NCBI GenBank assembly: GCA_018882585.1
Contig: VFFB01000002.1
Location: forward strand, 4,634-68,633
DNA from: Candidatus Kapaibacterium sp.
GTDB taxonomy: Bacteria; Bacteroidota; Ignavibacteria; Kapaibacteriales; Kapaibacteriaceae
Direction: 5' to 3'
DNA length: 64,000 nt
The first letter of the stretch is position 1, and each line of letters begins with the position of its first letter. Under the pieces are notes generated by a model. It was not told the origin of the DNA, made no database searches, and saw nothing but the letters and a program-made list of their open reading frames with translations. Below are positions 9,834 through 19,649 of the stretch, one piece after another. The position numbers and the translations under genes are program-made.

Positions 9834-10542
9834 CTGAAATGATCCGTTCGTGTTGTGTGTCTTCGTTTCGCAAAACCAGCCGACCATCATGCATCACTCT
9901 CAACGGTGCATGAGGCGTGGTGCTATCGGAAAGTGTGACCCTAACGGTGTCCAGCCGAAGCGCCTCGACCCATTCCCTATGAACGTTCTGCCAAGGCATC
10001 TCACAATATCGCACGAAACTGTCTCGAATCGCCGATAGGATCTGTTGTGTGCCTACGCTGATTCCCAACCGCCGTAACGACGTACAAAGCTGTGTGATAG
10101 TCTCCGGAAACACTTCCTGCTCGACGTTGACCCCCATCCCAACGATCGTCGATGCACAGCGTACCCCGTGAAACTCATGCTCGACCAAGATGCCGGCGAT
10201 CTTCGCCCAACCTTCGACGGTAGATACCTGAACGTCGTTAGGATACTTCAACCGCACATCCCTGTCGCGCAGCACGTTCGTGATCGCACCGTAAACACTC
10301 AGCGCACCTCTGGCCATGTAGGCACTCACGTCTTCCATGGTCAGCGCATGATGATGCGTGATACCAAACGACGCATAGATGTTTGCTCCATGATCGCCGA
10401 TCCATTGTCGGCCATTACGCCCACGTCCAGCCGTTTGGAACAAGGCCGTAACCATCACGAAATCATGCTCGGCAATCAACGTACGCGCATAGTCGTTCGT
10501 TGATGTGACGCGAGGCAGATGGAACTCAACCAGGTGCTTCAT
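9805..10542 (-). CDS. birA: Biotin--[acetyl-CoA-carboxylase] ligase.
   Basis: QTAGRGRNGRQW (the BirA GRGRxGRxW biotin-binding loop) and KYPNDV. The plausible start is MKHLVEF at 10542. The 3' end overlaps coaX by 29 nt. Confidence 0.85.
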   Translation of the reverse strand: MKHLVEFHLPRVTSTNDYARTLIAEHDFVMVTALFQTAGRGRNGRQWIGDHGANIYASFGITHHHALTMEDVSAYMARGALSVYGAITNVLRDRDVRLKYPNDVQVSTVEGWAKIAGILVEHEFHGVRCASTIVGMGVNVEQEVFPETITQLCTSLRRLGISVGTQQILSAIRDSFVRYCEMPWQNVHREWVEALRLDTVRVTLSDSTTPHAPLRVMHDGRLVLRNEDTQHERIISDGDTLRYLD

Positions 10543-10631
10543 GGACAAAAAGTAAACATGTTTATGTTTGGTCGCGTTGAACCACGTCACAAAGTACAAA
10601 CAAGTCCGACAGATGTTGCGAACAGCGTAAT

Positions 10632-12005
10632 TTGTGTCTCGTGAGTCAGCATCTGAACGATACGATCTGCGCCCTAGCTACGCCGCCTGGCGTAGGTGGC
10701 TTGGCCGTGATTCGATGTGCGGGACGGCTGGCCTTCGAGTTGTGCGACCGGGACTTTAACAGCCGCGTACGTCTTGCCGATGCCGCAGATCATACCATAC
10801 ACTACGGATGGTGGGAACATGATGGTGTCCGCGTCGACAGCGTCACCTGCTCTGTCTTTCGTGCCCCACACTCGTACACAGGCGATGATGTTATCGAGAT
10901 CGGATGTCATGGCGGACCTCACGTTACAGCACAGATCATCCGCTCCCTGCTTGATAACGGCGCACGTTTGGCCGAGCCTGGTGAATTCACAAAACGCGCC
11001 TTCCTGAATCGTAAACTCGATCTCACCCAGGTCGAGGCCGTAGCCGATCTTATCCATGCGCAGTCACGGATGGGTGCTCAAACGGCTGCACGACAGTTGG
11101 CTGGCGGGTTTACTCGACGTCTTGCTGCCCTTCGACAACACCTTCTGGATGTGTGCGGCCTGCTTGAACTAGAGCTCGACTTCTCTGAAGAGGACGTCGA
11201 ATTCGTCGATCGTACTGCGTTGCTCGCCGCTCTTACAGATGGTAACGCCATAGCTGATCAGCTCGCCGCCTCGGCAGCCTCGGCCGAGATACTTCGTTCG
11301 GGCTTCTACGTGGCCGTCGTCGGCTATCCAAATGCCGGGAAAAGCTCGCTGTTCAACGCCTTGCTTGACCGGGAGCGAGCCATCGTAAGCGATATCGCTG
11401 GTACGACCCGAGACTATCTCGAAGAGTCGATTTTCCTTGAGGGCTACACCGTTCGTCTGTACGACACGGCTGGATTACGGAGTTCCGACGACACGATCGA
11501 GATGCAAGGAGTGCGTCTGACCACATCTCTGGTTGAACAAAGCAACCTGATCCTTGTGGTGAATGATGCGTCTCTCGGAAAGCACCACTCCGACGCTCTC
11601 GTTAGCAGCCTCCAAGATATTGCTGGTACCCGGCCTATCGTCATCGTCCACAATAAGTCGGACCTTCTGGAGGATCCAGCTGCGTTCTCGGAAAAGGGCT
11701 CCGTTGCCGTGTCAACGATCAGAGGCACCGGCCTTGAATCGCTTCGGCAAGCATTACTCGAATATGCCCGCTCAAGTAGCGAGGGTGTTTCCGATGTGCT
11801 GATCAACGGCAGACAAGCCAGCATCCTACGAGACGTCTCGGCATCCTGCTCCAGTGCTCGTGCCGGTATTCTCGAAGGTCGATCCATGGATTACGTCGCC
11901 GTCGACGTCAGAGCCGCCATTCGTTACCTTGGCGATATCTCCGGTGAGACGTGGAGCCCCGATGTTCTCGACACAATCTTTTCACGATTCTGCATCGGAA
12001 AGTAG
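10632..12005 (+). CDS. mnmE: tRNA modification GTPase MnmE.
   Basis: G-domain motifs GYPNAGKSSL, DTAG and NKSD, plus the C-terminal ...FCIGK (the MnmE CxGK motif). Confidence 0.92.
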   Translation: MCLVSQHLNDTICALATPPGVGGLAVIRCAGRLAFELCDRDFNSRVRLADAADHTIHYGWWEHDGVRVDSVTCSVFRAPHSYTGDDVIEIGCHGGPHVTAQIIRSLLDNGARLAEPGEFTKRAFLNRKLDLTQVEAVADLIHAQSRMGAQTAARQLAGGFTRRLAALRQHLLDVCGLLELELDFSEEDVEFVDRTALLAALTDGNAIADQLAASAASAEILRSGFYVAVVGYPNAGKSSLFNALLDRERAIVSDIAGTTRDYLEESIFLEGYTVRLYDTAGLRSSDDTIEMQGVRLTTSLVEQSNLILVVNDASLGKHHSDALVSSLQDIAGTRPIVIVHNKSDLLEDPAAFSEKGSVAVSTIRGTGLESLRQALLEYARSSSEGVSDVLINGRQASILRDVSASCSSARAGILEGRSMDYVAVDVRAAIRYLGDISGETWSPDVLDTIFSRFCIGK

Positions 12006-12007
12006 TG

Positions 12008-12535
12008 ATGGGTAGCAACCACACGATTCGTCCGTTCGAATACGAGGATTTCGAATCATTCTTCACGATTCAACGCGAAGCGTTGGAACGATCGCCAGAG
12101 CTGTTCGGGTCTGACTACTCTTGGTTCGCCTCACTGTCACGCCTCAGTGTTGAACAGCGGTTCGAACGATACCTGAACTACCCATACACCTACCTCTTGG
12201 GATGCTTTGGTGAGTCGGGTGAGATCCTGGGAATGATCGGATTCTCGTCCGACCAGTCAATCAAGCTTCGGCACAAAGGAAGGGTCTGGGGTCTCTACGT
12301 CCGAGAGTCTGCACGTGGTAAGGGTATTGCCTCTGCACTCACCGCCTCCGTAATCGAAATCGGCCGCGACGTCCTTGGAATCGAACAGATATCTTGTTCT
12401 GTGTCAAGCCAGAATCAGGCGTCATATAACCACTACCTCCGAATTGGCTTCACGATCTACGGCACCGAACTTCACGCTTTAAAGATCGGAGATACCTATG
12501 TCGATGAGTATCTCATGGTGAGGTTTCTGATCTGA
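12008..12535 (+). CDS. GNAT family N-acetyltransferase.
   Basis: Acetyl-CoA binding motif RGKGIASAL (Q/RxxGxG/A). Start MGSNHTIRP lies immediately after the mnmE stop, so the ORF-track start at 11951 is rejected. Confidence 0.75.
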   Translation: MGSNHTIRPFEYEDFESFFTIQREALERSPELFGSDYSWFASLSRLSVEQRFERYLNYPYTYLLGCFGESGEILGMIGFSSDQSIKLRHKGRVWGLYVRESARGKGIASALTASVIEIGRDVLGIEQISCSVSSQNQASYNHYLRIGFTIYGTELHALKIGDTYVDEYLMVRFLI

Positions 12536-12543
12536 GCAATATT

Positions 12544-12623
12544 GTTCCACGTGAAACAACGTAGGAACGATTAACGCGCTATTCTTGAGAATGGGGCTCT
12601 TCAAAGAACGTTTCACGTGAAAC
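12544..12623. promoter_or_regulatory. Two copies of a 14-bp palindromic 'cacgtgaaac' site in the GNAT-mnmG intergenic region (candidate operator pair).
   Basis: GTTCCACGTGAAAC at 12544-12557 and the perfect palindrome GTTTCACGTGAAAC at 12610-12623. The second site is 16 bp upstream of the mnmG ATG. Confidence 0.3.
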
Positions 12624-12639
12624 ATCGATTTTGCAAACA

Positions 12640-14499
12640 ATGAAGTTTGACGTTCTCGTCATTGGCGGGGGTCATGCCGGAATCGAAGCAGCCGTCGCTT
12701 GCTCTCGTCTTGGTGTGCAGACTGCCTTGATATCGATGGACAGCCACACGATTGGTCGTCTATCGTGCAACCCATCGATTGGTGGAAGTGCAAAAGGCCA
12801 CCTTTCGAAGGAAATTGACGCGCTTGGCGGCGTTATGGGAGTGTTAGCAGACGCATCGGGCATCCAGTTTAAGATGCTGAACACGTCAAAGGGACCTGCG
12901 GTTTGGTCGCCCAGATCTCAGAACGACAACCAGCTCTATCCCCTATTTGCACAAAACCTGCTTCGCTCAACGACTGGGCTACGTCTGATTCAGGCCACTG
13001 TCACCGAGATACTTGTGAACGGAGATAGAATCTCGGGGGTAAAAACGCTTGATAACGAGACGATCGAGGCTCGTTGTATCATCCTTTGTGGCGGCACATT
13101 CCTGAACGGTATGATGTATACGGGGATGACAGCAACAAAGGGTGGCCGCGTTGGAGAGCAACCGGCCGAGCGGATTTCGGATATGTTGGCTGCGTATGGC
13201 ATCGAGAAAGGTCGCCTCAAAACAGGCACCCCCCCGAGGGTTGACGCCAGGTCTATCGACTTTTCTGTCTGCACACCGCACAACGGCGACGAGAACCCGC
13301 AGCCGTTTTCTATCAATACCCAAGTGGTTCGCAATCGGCTCGCCTGCTGGGCTACGGTAACGTCTGAACAGACGCACGACATCCTTCGGACTGGTTTCGA
13401 TAGGTCGCCGATGTTCACGGGGTTGATCCATGGTGCCGGCCCGAGGTATTGTCCATCCATCGAAGACAAGATTGCTCGGTTTGCCGATAAGCCATCGCAC
13501 ATTATCGTGCTCGAGCCTGAAGGTCTTTCAACGAATACGGTCTACGTCAACGGTTTTTCGACGAGCCTTCCAGCGGATGTGCAAGAGGCCGGACTGCGCA
13601 CCATCCCTGGACTGTCGAACGCCAGGATCCTCCGGTATGGGTACGCCGTCGAGTACGATTTCTTCTTCCCGTATCAACTGACGTTTGGGTTGGAGACGAA
13701 GGCCATCGACGGGTTGTTCTTTGCCGGACAGATCAATGGAACATCCGGGTATGAAGAAGCTGCTTCCCAAGGTCTTGTTGCTGGTATCAATGCCGCTCTC
13801 AAGGTTCGTGGCGAGGGACAATTCACGCTGTCACGCTCCGAAGCGTACATAGGCGTCTTGATCGACGACCTAGTGAACAAGAACACCGAGGAGCCGTATC
13901 GCATCTTCACGTCGCTTGCCGAGTATCGCCTCCTGCTCCGCATAGACACCGTCTACGACCGGTTGCTTCCAAAGGGGCATCGATTAGGCTTGGTGTCAGA
14001 CGCGACGTATCGCAGGTGGCAGCGTTCCCAGGAGTTGACCGACGTGCTGGTCACCGACGTCGACCGGTCACGGATCACGCCGCCGCAGGCGGCGGAGCTC
14101 CTTGCGTCGTGCTCCGAAGATCTGCTGTTCGAGACCACACCGGTCAGGACAGTTGCGCGACGACCAACGGTTCCCCTGCGTGGGTTGCTGTCGGCAATTT
14201 CGTATGATAAAATAAACCTGTTTAGCGAACACCCTGATGTTGTACACGCTGTCGAAACAATAATCCGGTACGACGGATACATCCAGAAGCAACTGCGCGA
14301 GGTTGAGCGCTTCGCCGATAATGAACGGCGGCGCATACCAGAAGGATTTGACTTCGGTACCGTCCCTTCCCTCTCTACCGAGGCGCGCGAGAAGCTTGGT
14401 CGTATCAGGCCCTCCTCGTTGGGTCAGGCATCGCGCATTCCAGGCGTGAGCGCAAGTGACATTTCGATCTTATCGCTCTACCTGCAGGTATCAGACTGA
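12640..14499 (+). CDS. mnmG: tRNA uridine-5-carboxymethylaminomethyl modification enzyme MnmG (GidA).
   Basis: MKFDVLVIGGGHAGIEAA FAD-binding N-terminus and about 620 aa length. Confidence 0.92.
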   Translation: MKFDVLVIGGGHAGIEAAVACSRLGVQTALISMDSHTIGRLSCNPSIGGSAKGHLSKEIDALGGVMGVLADASGIQFKMLNTSKGPAVWSPRSQNDNQLYPLFAQNLLRSTTGLRLIQATVTEILVNGDRISGVKTLDNETIEARCIILCGGTFLNGMMYTGMTATKGGRVGEQPAERISDMLAAYGIEKGRLKTGTPPRVDARSIDFSVCTPHNGDENPQPFSINTQVVRNRLACWATVTSEQTHDILRTGFDRSPMFTGLIHGAGPRYCPSIEDKIARFADKPSHIIVLEPEGLSTNTVYVNGFSTSLPADVQEAGLRTIPGLSNARILRYGYAVEYDFFFPYQLTFGLETKAIDGLFFAGQINGTSGYEEAASQGLVAGINAALKVRGEGQFTLSRSEAYIGVLIDDLVNKNTEEPYRIFTSLAEYRLLLRIDTVYDRLLPKGHRLGLVSDATYRRWQRSQELTDVLVTDVDRSRITPPQAAELLASCSEDLLFETTPVRTVARRPTVPLRGLLSAISYDKINLFSEHPDVVHAVETIIRYDGYIQKQLREVERFADNERRRIPEGFDFGTVPSLSTEAREKLGRIRPSSLGQASRIPGVSASDISILSLYLQVSD

Positions 14500-14609
14500 T
14501 GGTGTGTGTATGGCAACTGCGTTGACATCTGTGTGAGCCATATACGCAACGGCGCGGAAGGTTGTGTTCCCTGCCGCGCCGAGATGTGAAACGTTTATCG
14601 TGGTCGAAC

Positions 14610-17039
14610 CTACCTTCTGATGACCAGCGTATGGTGTTCTGCGTGGTTGCCCTTTTGCAGCATCAGATGATAGGTACCTTGGCTAAACACCGAGGTGTCG
14701 ATTCGTGCGCCGGTGCCCGAAACAGGGATGGTCGCGACAAGAACACCAACTGCATCGAACACAGCGATGGACGATATCGGCTCGTCGCCACCGATGTAGA
14801 CGATCGAAGTGGCAGGGTTTGGAGCAACAGATGAACGGAGCGTTACCATGTTGTCGTTGACAGATACGGTTTGCTCTTTGATCGTGACCGTGAATGCAGA
14901 AACCTCACTACGTCCCTCACCGGATTCGGGTGTCACCCGTATGCGGATGACGTAGCCGTCACCGACTGGAACGCTCACGGGAATACGCCACAGGAAGCCA
15001 CCATACGATGCATCGATGTTCTGCGCGATCGTGGCCACCAGAGTGTCAGCATTGATCAACTCAATCGCGACCGTTCCTGGAATGTTCGTCTCCCAACTGA
15101 TGGCATAACTGCTGTCCTTCGTCCAGACCACGTTGTTAGACGGACGCTTGAACTCTACGAACGGTTCGGTAACAACAAACGTGTCTACCGCCGAGGCTGC
15201 AGTGACCGTACCTGTGGGTGCATACTTTGACTCGACCATCCACAAGTGGATGCCCGTGCTTTGTGCGGTGAAGGTTGCTTTATCTCGTGTGGTCGTTTCT
15301 TCAAAGACAACGGCTGGTTCTCCCTCGCGCGTTACCGATACGGTATGACTGTTCGCAAGTCCCTGAGGCGAAAACCGAAGCGTGATCGGCACGCCGAAGC
15401 CAACGCGCTTGCCTGCCCTTGGCGATATGAGTTTTGGCGGTTGCGCATCCTTGATGGTATCGCGCTCGATACCGAATGCGAACTCACCGATGCTCATTGA
15501 GTCGACGATGATCTCTCGTGAATTCGGATTGTACCTCGTTCGCTGACGCAGAAATGTTCCTCTACCAACCGAGTCTCGGCGATAGACGGATATTGACGGT
15601 GCTTGCTTTTGCGTGATACCGATAGGGTCGATCTTGAATCGGAACTGTCCGTAATGCGATTCCATTCCTTCCTGTACCATCGCGATATGAACCGGCAGCA
15701 ATCGTGGATACACCCCTCCGTTGAAGACGGGATCGCGCGGAGCGTAGTTGTAGAGTTTAGCTTCGGTGTAGTTATAGAAGAATGATACAAGGCTGGTATA
15801 CTCCACGGTCATGCCGATCGAGTCACCATCATCCTTGTTGTACTCGTAGGTGTTGCCCTGAAGGATCTCGTCGATGAAAACCTTCTCTGCAAATCTTCCC
15901 GATGGTACGGCGTGCTTCGTCACGGAGTATGGAAACATGTCTTTGTGCAGGAATGCCTCGAACACAACATTCTTAGCTGCATCAACTTCGGTGAACGAGG
16001 CGATGCCGGAAGACGTGCCGGAGCCCCAAGCTATCACCCTATGTCCGTCCGGCAAGGTCTGCATTGACCCTTGCAGACTTGCATAGATATCGGGATTGTG
16101 ACGGTATTCCCAAACGAGTTCGCACGTCTTGTTCACTTCATCGATCTTGTACTCGACGCCGCGTGAATATTGAGGGCTTCGCTGCGTACCATTATCAAAC
16201 AAGGTGACGTTGCCATTAGGCAAACGTCTGACGTCGTGCTGATACGAGAAGTACGTGGGAGCGTTTTCCTCGTGTTCGTTGATGAATTTAAATTGGTTGA
16301 GTTTACCTCCTAGGATCCACATCACCTCTCCGGTCTTGCGGTTTACTTTGATGATCATCGAGCTGTGTCGGATACTCATCAAGAAATTCCCGTCGTCATC
16401 CTCGGCCACAGCATTCAGGTGGAACGGCCGTATGGATGCCGCCTTCAGGTCTTCATACGATGCAGTTATTGGCAAACGATCCAACGTTCGGAATTGAAAC
16501 ATCACCTGGCCTTGCGGTGTCACCTCCTGAACAAGCATTTGCTGGACATCTGCAGCCGGGTGTCCACCATCAACGATGGTCGACATATCCATCCGAATAT
16601 TCTCCTGACAGATGATCAGACGATTGCCGTTGGGAAGCACATCGAAGTTGTGCATGGCAACGGGATATCCGTTTCCGCCAACGAGCGTGTCGACATGTGC
16701 AAGGTTGGAGTCGAGACGATGAAGTGTGGTTGATATCCTGGGCCCGGTTCCGGCTGTCTGGAACACACTATACCCAAGACGTCCGTCAGGCAGCACCCTC
16801 GAATCAAACGGATATTCCTCAAGCTTCTTCCATTGCACCGGTACACCATCATTCCCGAGCACCATGAAGTAGGGCGCGTACGGTGGGCTGGTCAGTCTGC
16901 AATTTGGTGCAAGGTAGTATCCGCCGGGAGATGGGGTGGTATTCACCTTGACTGCGACAGGTACCAGGTCTTGGGGTTGCCCGTGTAGCGCATGTGCTGC
17001 TACGATGGCTACGATGATCAACGGGATCATGGTTTTCAC
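14610..17039 (-). CDS. Secreted arylsulfotransferase (ASST)-like beta-propeller protein with a T9SS C-terminal sorting domain.
   Basis: Signal peptide MKTMIPLIIVAIVAAHALHG. Internal ASST-like segments include 'HLNAVAEDDDGNFLMSIRHSSMIIKVNRKTGEVMWILGG'. The C-terminus 'VAPNPATSIVYIGG...GTYHLMLQKGNHAEHHTLVIRR' is a T9SS CTD. Confidence 0.65.
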   Translation of the reverse strand: MKTMIPLIIVAIVAAHALHGQPQDLVPVAVKVNTTPSPGGYYLAPNCRLTSPPYAPYFMVLGNDGVPVQWKKLEEYPFDSRVLPDGRLGYSVFQTAGTGPRISTTLHRLDSNLAHVDTLVGGNGYPVAMHNFDVLPNGNRLIICQENIRMDMSTIVDGGHPAADVQQMLVQEVTPQGQVMFQFRTLDRLPITASYEDLKAASIRPFHLNAVAEDDDGNFLMSIRHSSMIIKVNRKTGEVMWILGGKLNQFKFINEHEENAPTYFSYQHDVRRLPNGNVTLFDNGTQRSPQYSRGVEYKIDEVNKTCELVWEYRHNPDIYASLQGSMQTLPDGHRVIAWGSGTSSGIASFTEVDAAKNVVFEAFLHKDMFPYSVTKHAVPSGRFAEKVFIDEILQGNTYEYNKDDGDSIGMTVEYTSLVSFFYNYTEAKLYNYAPRDPVFNGGVYPRLLPVHIAMVQEGMESHYGQFRFKIDPIGITQKQAPSISVYRRDSVGRGTFLRQRTRYNPNSREIIVDSMSIGEFAFGIERDTIKDAQPPKLISPRAGKRVGFGVPITLRFSPQGLANSHTVSVTREGEPAVVFEETTTRDKATFTAQSTGIHLWMVESKYAPTGTVTAASAVDTFVVTEPFVEFKRPSNNVVWTKDSSYAISWETNIPGTVAIELINADTLVATIAQNIDASYGGFLWRIPVSVPVGDGYVIRIRVTPESGEGRSEVSAFTVTIKEQTVSVNDNMVTLRSSVAPNPATSIVYIGGDEPISSIAVFDAVGVLVATIPVSGTGARIDTSVFSQGTYHLMLQKGNHAEHHTLVIRR

Positions 17040-17132
17040 GGTACTGGAGAGTGGTATGGTGGTAGGATGGACACATCAACTCAAAACGGGCTAAAATGTA
17101 ACGGTCGTACGCTATGGGTTGGCGAGCCTAGT

Positions 17133-17888
17133 ATGTTTGCAGGCATGGATCCGGCCAGCATCAGCGTCGTCATCATCACCCGTAATGAGTCCGCCAACAT
17201 CGACCGATGTCTGCAGTCGGTTGCGTGGGCAGACGAGATCGTTGTTGTCGACTCCGAAAGTACAGATGATACCGTAGAGCGATGTAAGGGGCATGGCGCA
17301 CGCGTCGTTTCACGTCCATTCACCGGTTTCGGCGCGCAGAAAAACGCAGCGTTGGACCTTGCGGGATGCACCTGGGTGTTTTCGATCGATGCGGACGAGG
17401 TTGTATCGGAAGAACTCGCTCGATCGATCAGGCACGCCGTGGAACATCCAACGGCAGACGCCTACCAGGTTCGGCGCAGGTTCTTCTTTCTTGGGAAACG
17501 ATTGGGTCATGGCAGAGGGAGTGTCGACACCATCGTGCGGCTCGTCCGTCGGGGCACCGCCCGCTTCTCCGATGCCCTGGTCCATGAGGGGTTCGAGATT
17601 CGCGGTGTGCCAGCCGTCCTGGACGGAGAGATGGAGCATTACAGCTACGACACGATAAATCAGGTACTGGAAAAGTTCAACAGATATACCTCGCTCGCTG
17701 CTGTTGAGATGCGAGCGAACAATCGTCGCCGCTCGGTTGTGGGCACCTTGCTCGCTTGGCCCGTGTATTTCCTGAAGTTCTACCTGCTGCATGGCCAGTG
17801 GATGAACGGACTGCACGGACTGGTATGGAGCGTCCTCTCGTCGTGGTATCCATTCGTAAAGGTCGCTAAAGCGCGGCTTGACCGATAG
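17133..17888 (+). CDS. Family 2 glycosyltransferase (LPS-core type, WaaE/KdtX-like).
   Basis: ISVVIITRNESANIDRCLQSV...VVVDSESTDDT...IDADE (the GT2 DxD/DAD signature). The start at 17133 is preferred over the track's 16992, which would overlap the divergent upstream gene. Confidence 0.85.
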   Translation: MFAGMDPASISVVIITRNESANIDRCLQSVAWADEIVVVDSESTDDTVERCKGHGARVVSRPFTGFGAQKNAALDLAGCTWVFSIDADEVVSEELARSIRHAVEHPTADAYQVRRRFFFLGKRLGHGRGSVDTIVRLVRRGTARFSDALVHEGFEIRGVPAVLDGEMEHYSYDTINQVLEKFNRYTSLAAVEMRANNRRRSVVGTLLAWPVYFLKFYLLHGQWMNGLHGLVWSVLSSWYPFVKVAKARLDR

Positions 17889-17936
17889 CCGTAACTTTGC
17901 GTTGATCAACAGCTCATCAACGCCCCTTGAAGTACC

Positions 17937-19202
17937 ATGCTTGACATCAAATTCATCCGTGAACAGCCGGATGTCGTAAAGACCAACTGTAAGAACAAGC
18001 TCGATGGTTCCGATATCGACGGTTTGTTAGAACTCGATGGTCGTCGTCGGTCCATCATTCAAGATGTCGAGTCGCTCAAGAGCCTTCGCAACACCGTCTC
18101 GCAAGAGATCGCAGTGATGAAGAAGCAGGGGCTTGATGCAGCGGAAAAGATCGCCGAGATGAAGGCTGAATCCGACCGCATCAAAGAGCTGGATGACGAG
18201 CTACGGGGCATCGAAGAGAAGATCGAATCGATCATGCTCATGATTCCCAACATCGCCCATCCCTCCGTTCCTGTTGGAAGGTCGGCAGATGATAACGTCG
18301 AAGTCCGCCGAGAAGGCACATGCGATGAGCGGACCTGGCGGAAGGACCATATCGAGATATCGAAGAACCTTGGCATCCTTGATTTCGAGCGCGGGGCAAA
18401 GGTCAGTGGCGGAGGCTTCGGATTCTATGTCGGAAAGGGAGCACGTCTGGAGCGTGCGCTGATCAATTACTTCGTAGACACCGACACGGAGGTTCATGGG
18501 TATCAGGAGATCATGACCCCATTTGTGGCAAACAAAGATTCGCTGCGTGGCACCGGACAATTGCCGAAGAGTCACGACGACATGTACTATGCCGAACGAG
18601 ACGAATTGTATCTGATCCCAACAGCAGAGGTCACGATCACGAACTACCATCGCGATGACATGCTCTCAGGCGAGAACCTCCCGATCAAGTTCGCGGGATA
18701 TTCCGCATGCTTTCGTCGCGAGGCAGGAAGTTATGGTAAGGACACCCGTGGCTTCCTTCGGGTCCACCAGTTCAACAAGGTCGAAATGGTCAAGTTCGTG
18801 CGTCCCGAAACATCATACGACGAACTCGAGTCAATGGTAGGCAACGTTGAATACCTGTTGCGCGCGCTGGGCCTGACGTACAGAGTACTGCTGCTGTGTA
18901 CGGGAGACATGACCTTTGGCGGCGCAAAAACGTATGACCTGGAAGTATGGTCACCCGCGGAACAACGTTGGTTGGAGGTGTCTTCGTGCACAAACTTCGA
19001 GTCATTCCAAGCCCGACGTGCGAACATCCGATTCAAGGACACTCCCTCGAGTAAGCCGGAGTTCGTGCACACGCTCAACGGTTCGGGCCTTGCCACATCG
19101 CGGATCATGGTGGCGTTGCTTGAGCAACATCAGACGGAAGACGGACGGATCATCATACCTGAGTGTCTGCGTCGATACACGGGATTCGATACGATAGGAT
19201 AA
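17937..19202 (+). CDS. serS: Seryl-tRNA synthetase.
   Basis: N-terminal coiled-coil MLDIKFIREQPDVVK... and class II motifs (FRxE, GLATSRIM...) at 421 aa. Confidence 0.95.
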   Translation: MLDIKFIREQPDVVKTNCKNKLDGSDIDGLLELDGRRRSIIQDVESLKSLRNTVSQEIAVMKKQGLDAAEKIAEMKAESDRIKELDDELRGIEEKIESIMLMIPNIAHPSVPVGRSADDNVEVRREGTCDERTWRKDHIEISKNLGILDFERGAKVSGGGFGFYVGKGARLERALINYFVDTDTEVHGYQEIMTPFVANKDSLRGTGQLPKSHDDMYYAERDELYLIPTAEVTITNYHRDDMLSGENLPIKFAGYSACFRREAGSYGKDTRGFLRVHQFNKVEMVKFVRPETSYDELESMVGNVEYLLRALGLTYRVLLLCTGDMTFGGAKTYDLEVWSPAEQRWLEVSSCTNFESFQARRANIRFKDTPSSKPEFVHTLNGSGLATSRIMVALLEQHQTEDGRIIIPECLRRYTGFDTIG

Positions 19203-19649
19203 CTCGGGGAGACGACGATGGATCGATTGTCGATCTTCAACGATCGCAATCTCGACAATCGTTCAGCAATCGCCAACTCACTCTCCACATTGACATCCAC
19301 ATATTCTTCTCTTCTCTTTTTTTGAAAGTATGTATCTCTGGAAGAGTTGTAGTCGTGTGGATTGCGTGGATAACTCAACAATCCACCACCTCTCGTTTTC
19401 TTAAGTCGTTTCGGTCGTTGAAGATTCGAGGAATGCACAACCCACAGTGGAAATGTTGAAGAATGGTTGGCCTGCGACCGATCAACACACAGCGTCGGTA
19501 AAACTTCCCGTTGGTGGATATCGTGGCTGTGGACAGACCCAACCTTTTGACGAGTTGTACCAATCGTTCGACCAACTGTGTGGACAGATAGGCGGAAAAC
19601 CGACTAACCCCATAAAAAAACGAACCTTACACCATCAACGAACAACGGT

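Noticed and set aside
14550-14581. 8-bp-stem hairpin (GGCGCGG...CCGCGCC) between convergent mnmG and the ASST-like gene, as a bidirectional terminator.
   Set aside because: There is no adjacent T- or A-tract on either strand, so an intrinsic terminator call is not supportable. It may still be structural.
16992-17132. Upstream extension of the GT2 gene (track start 16992).
   Set aside because: It would overlap the start of the divergent ASST-like gene. The conserved GT2 N-terminus begins just after Met 17133.
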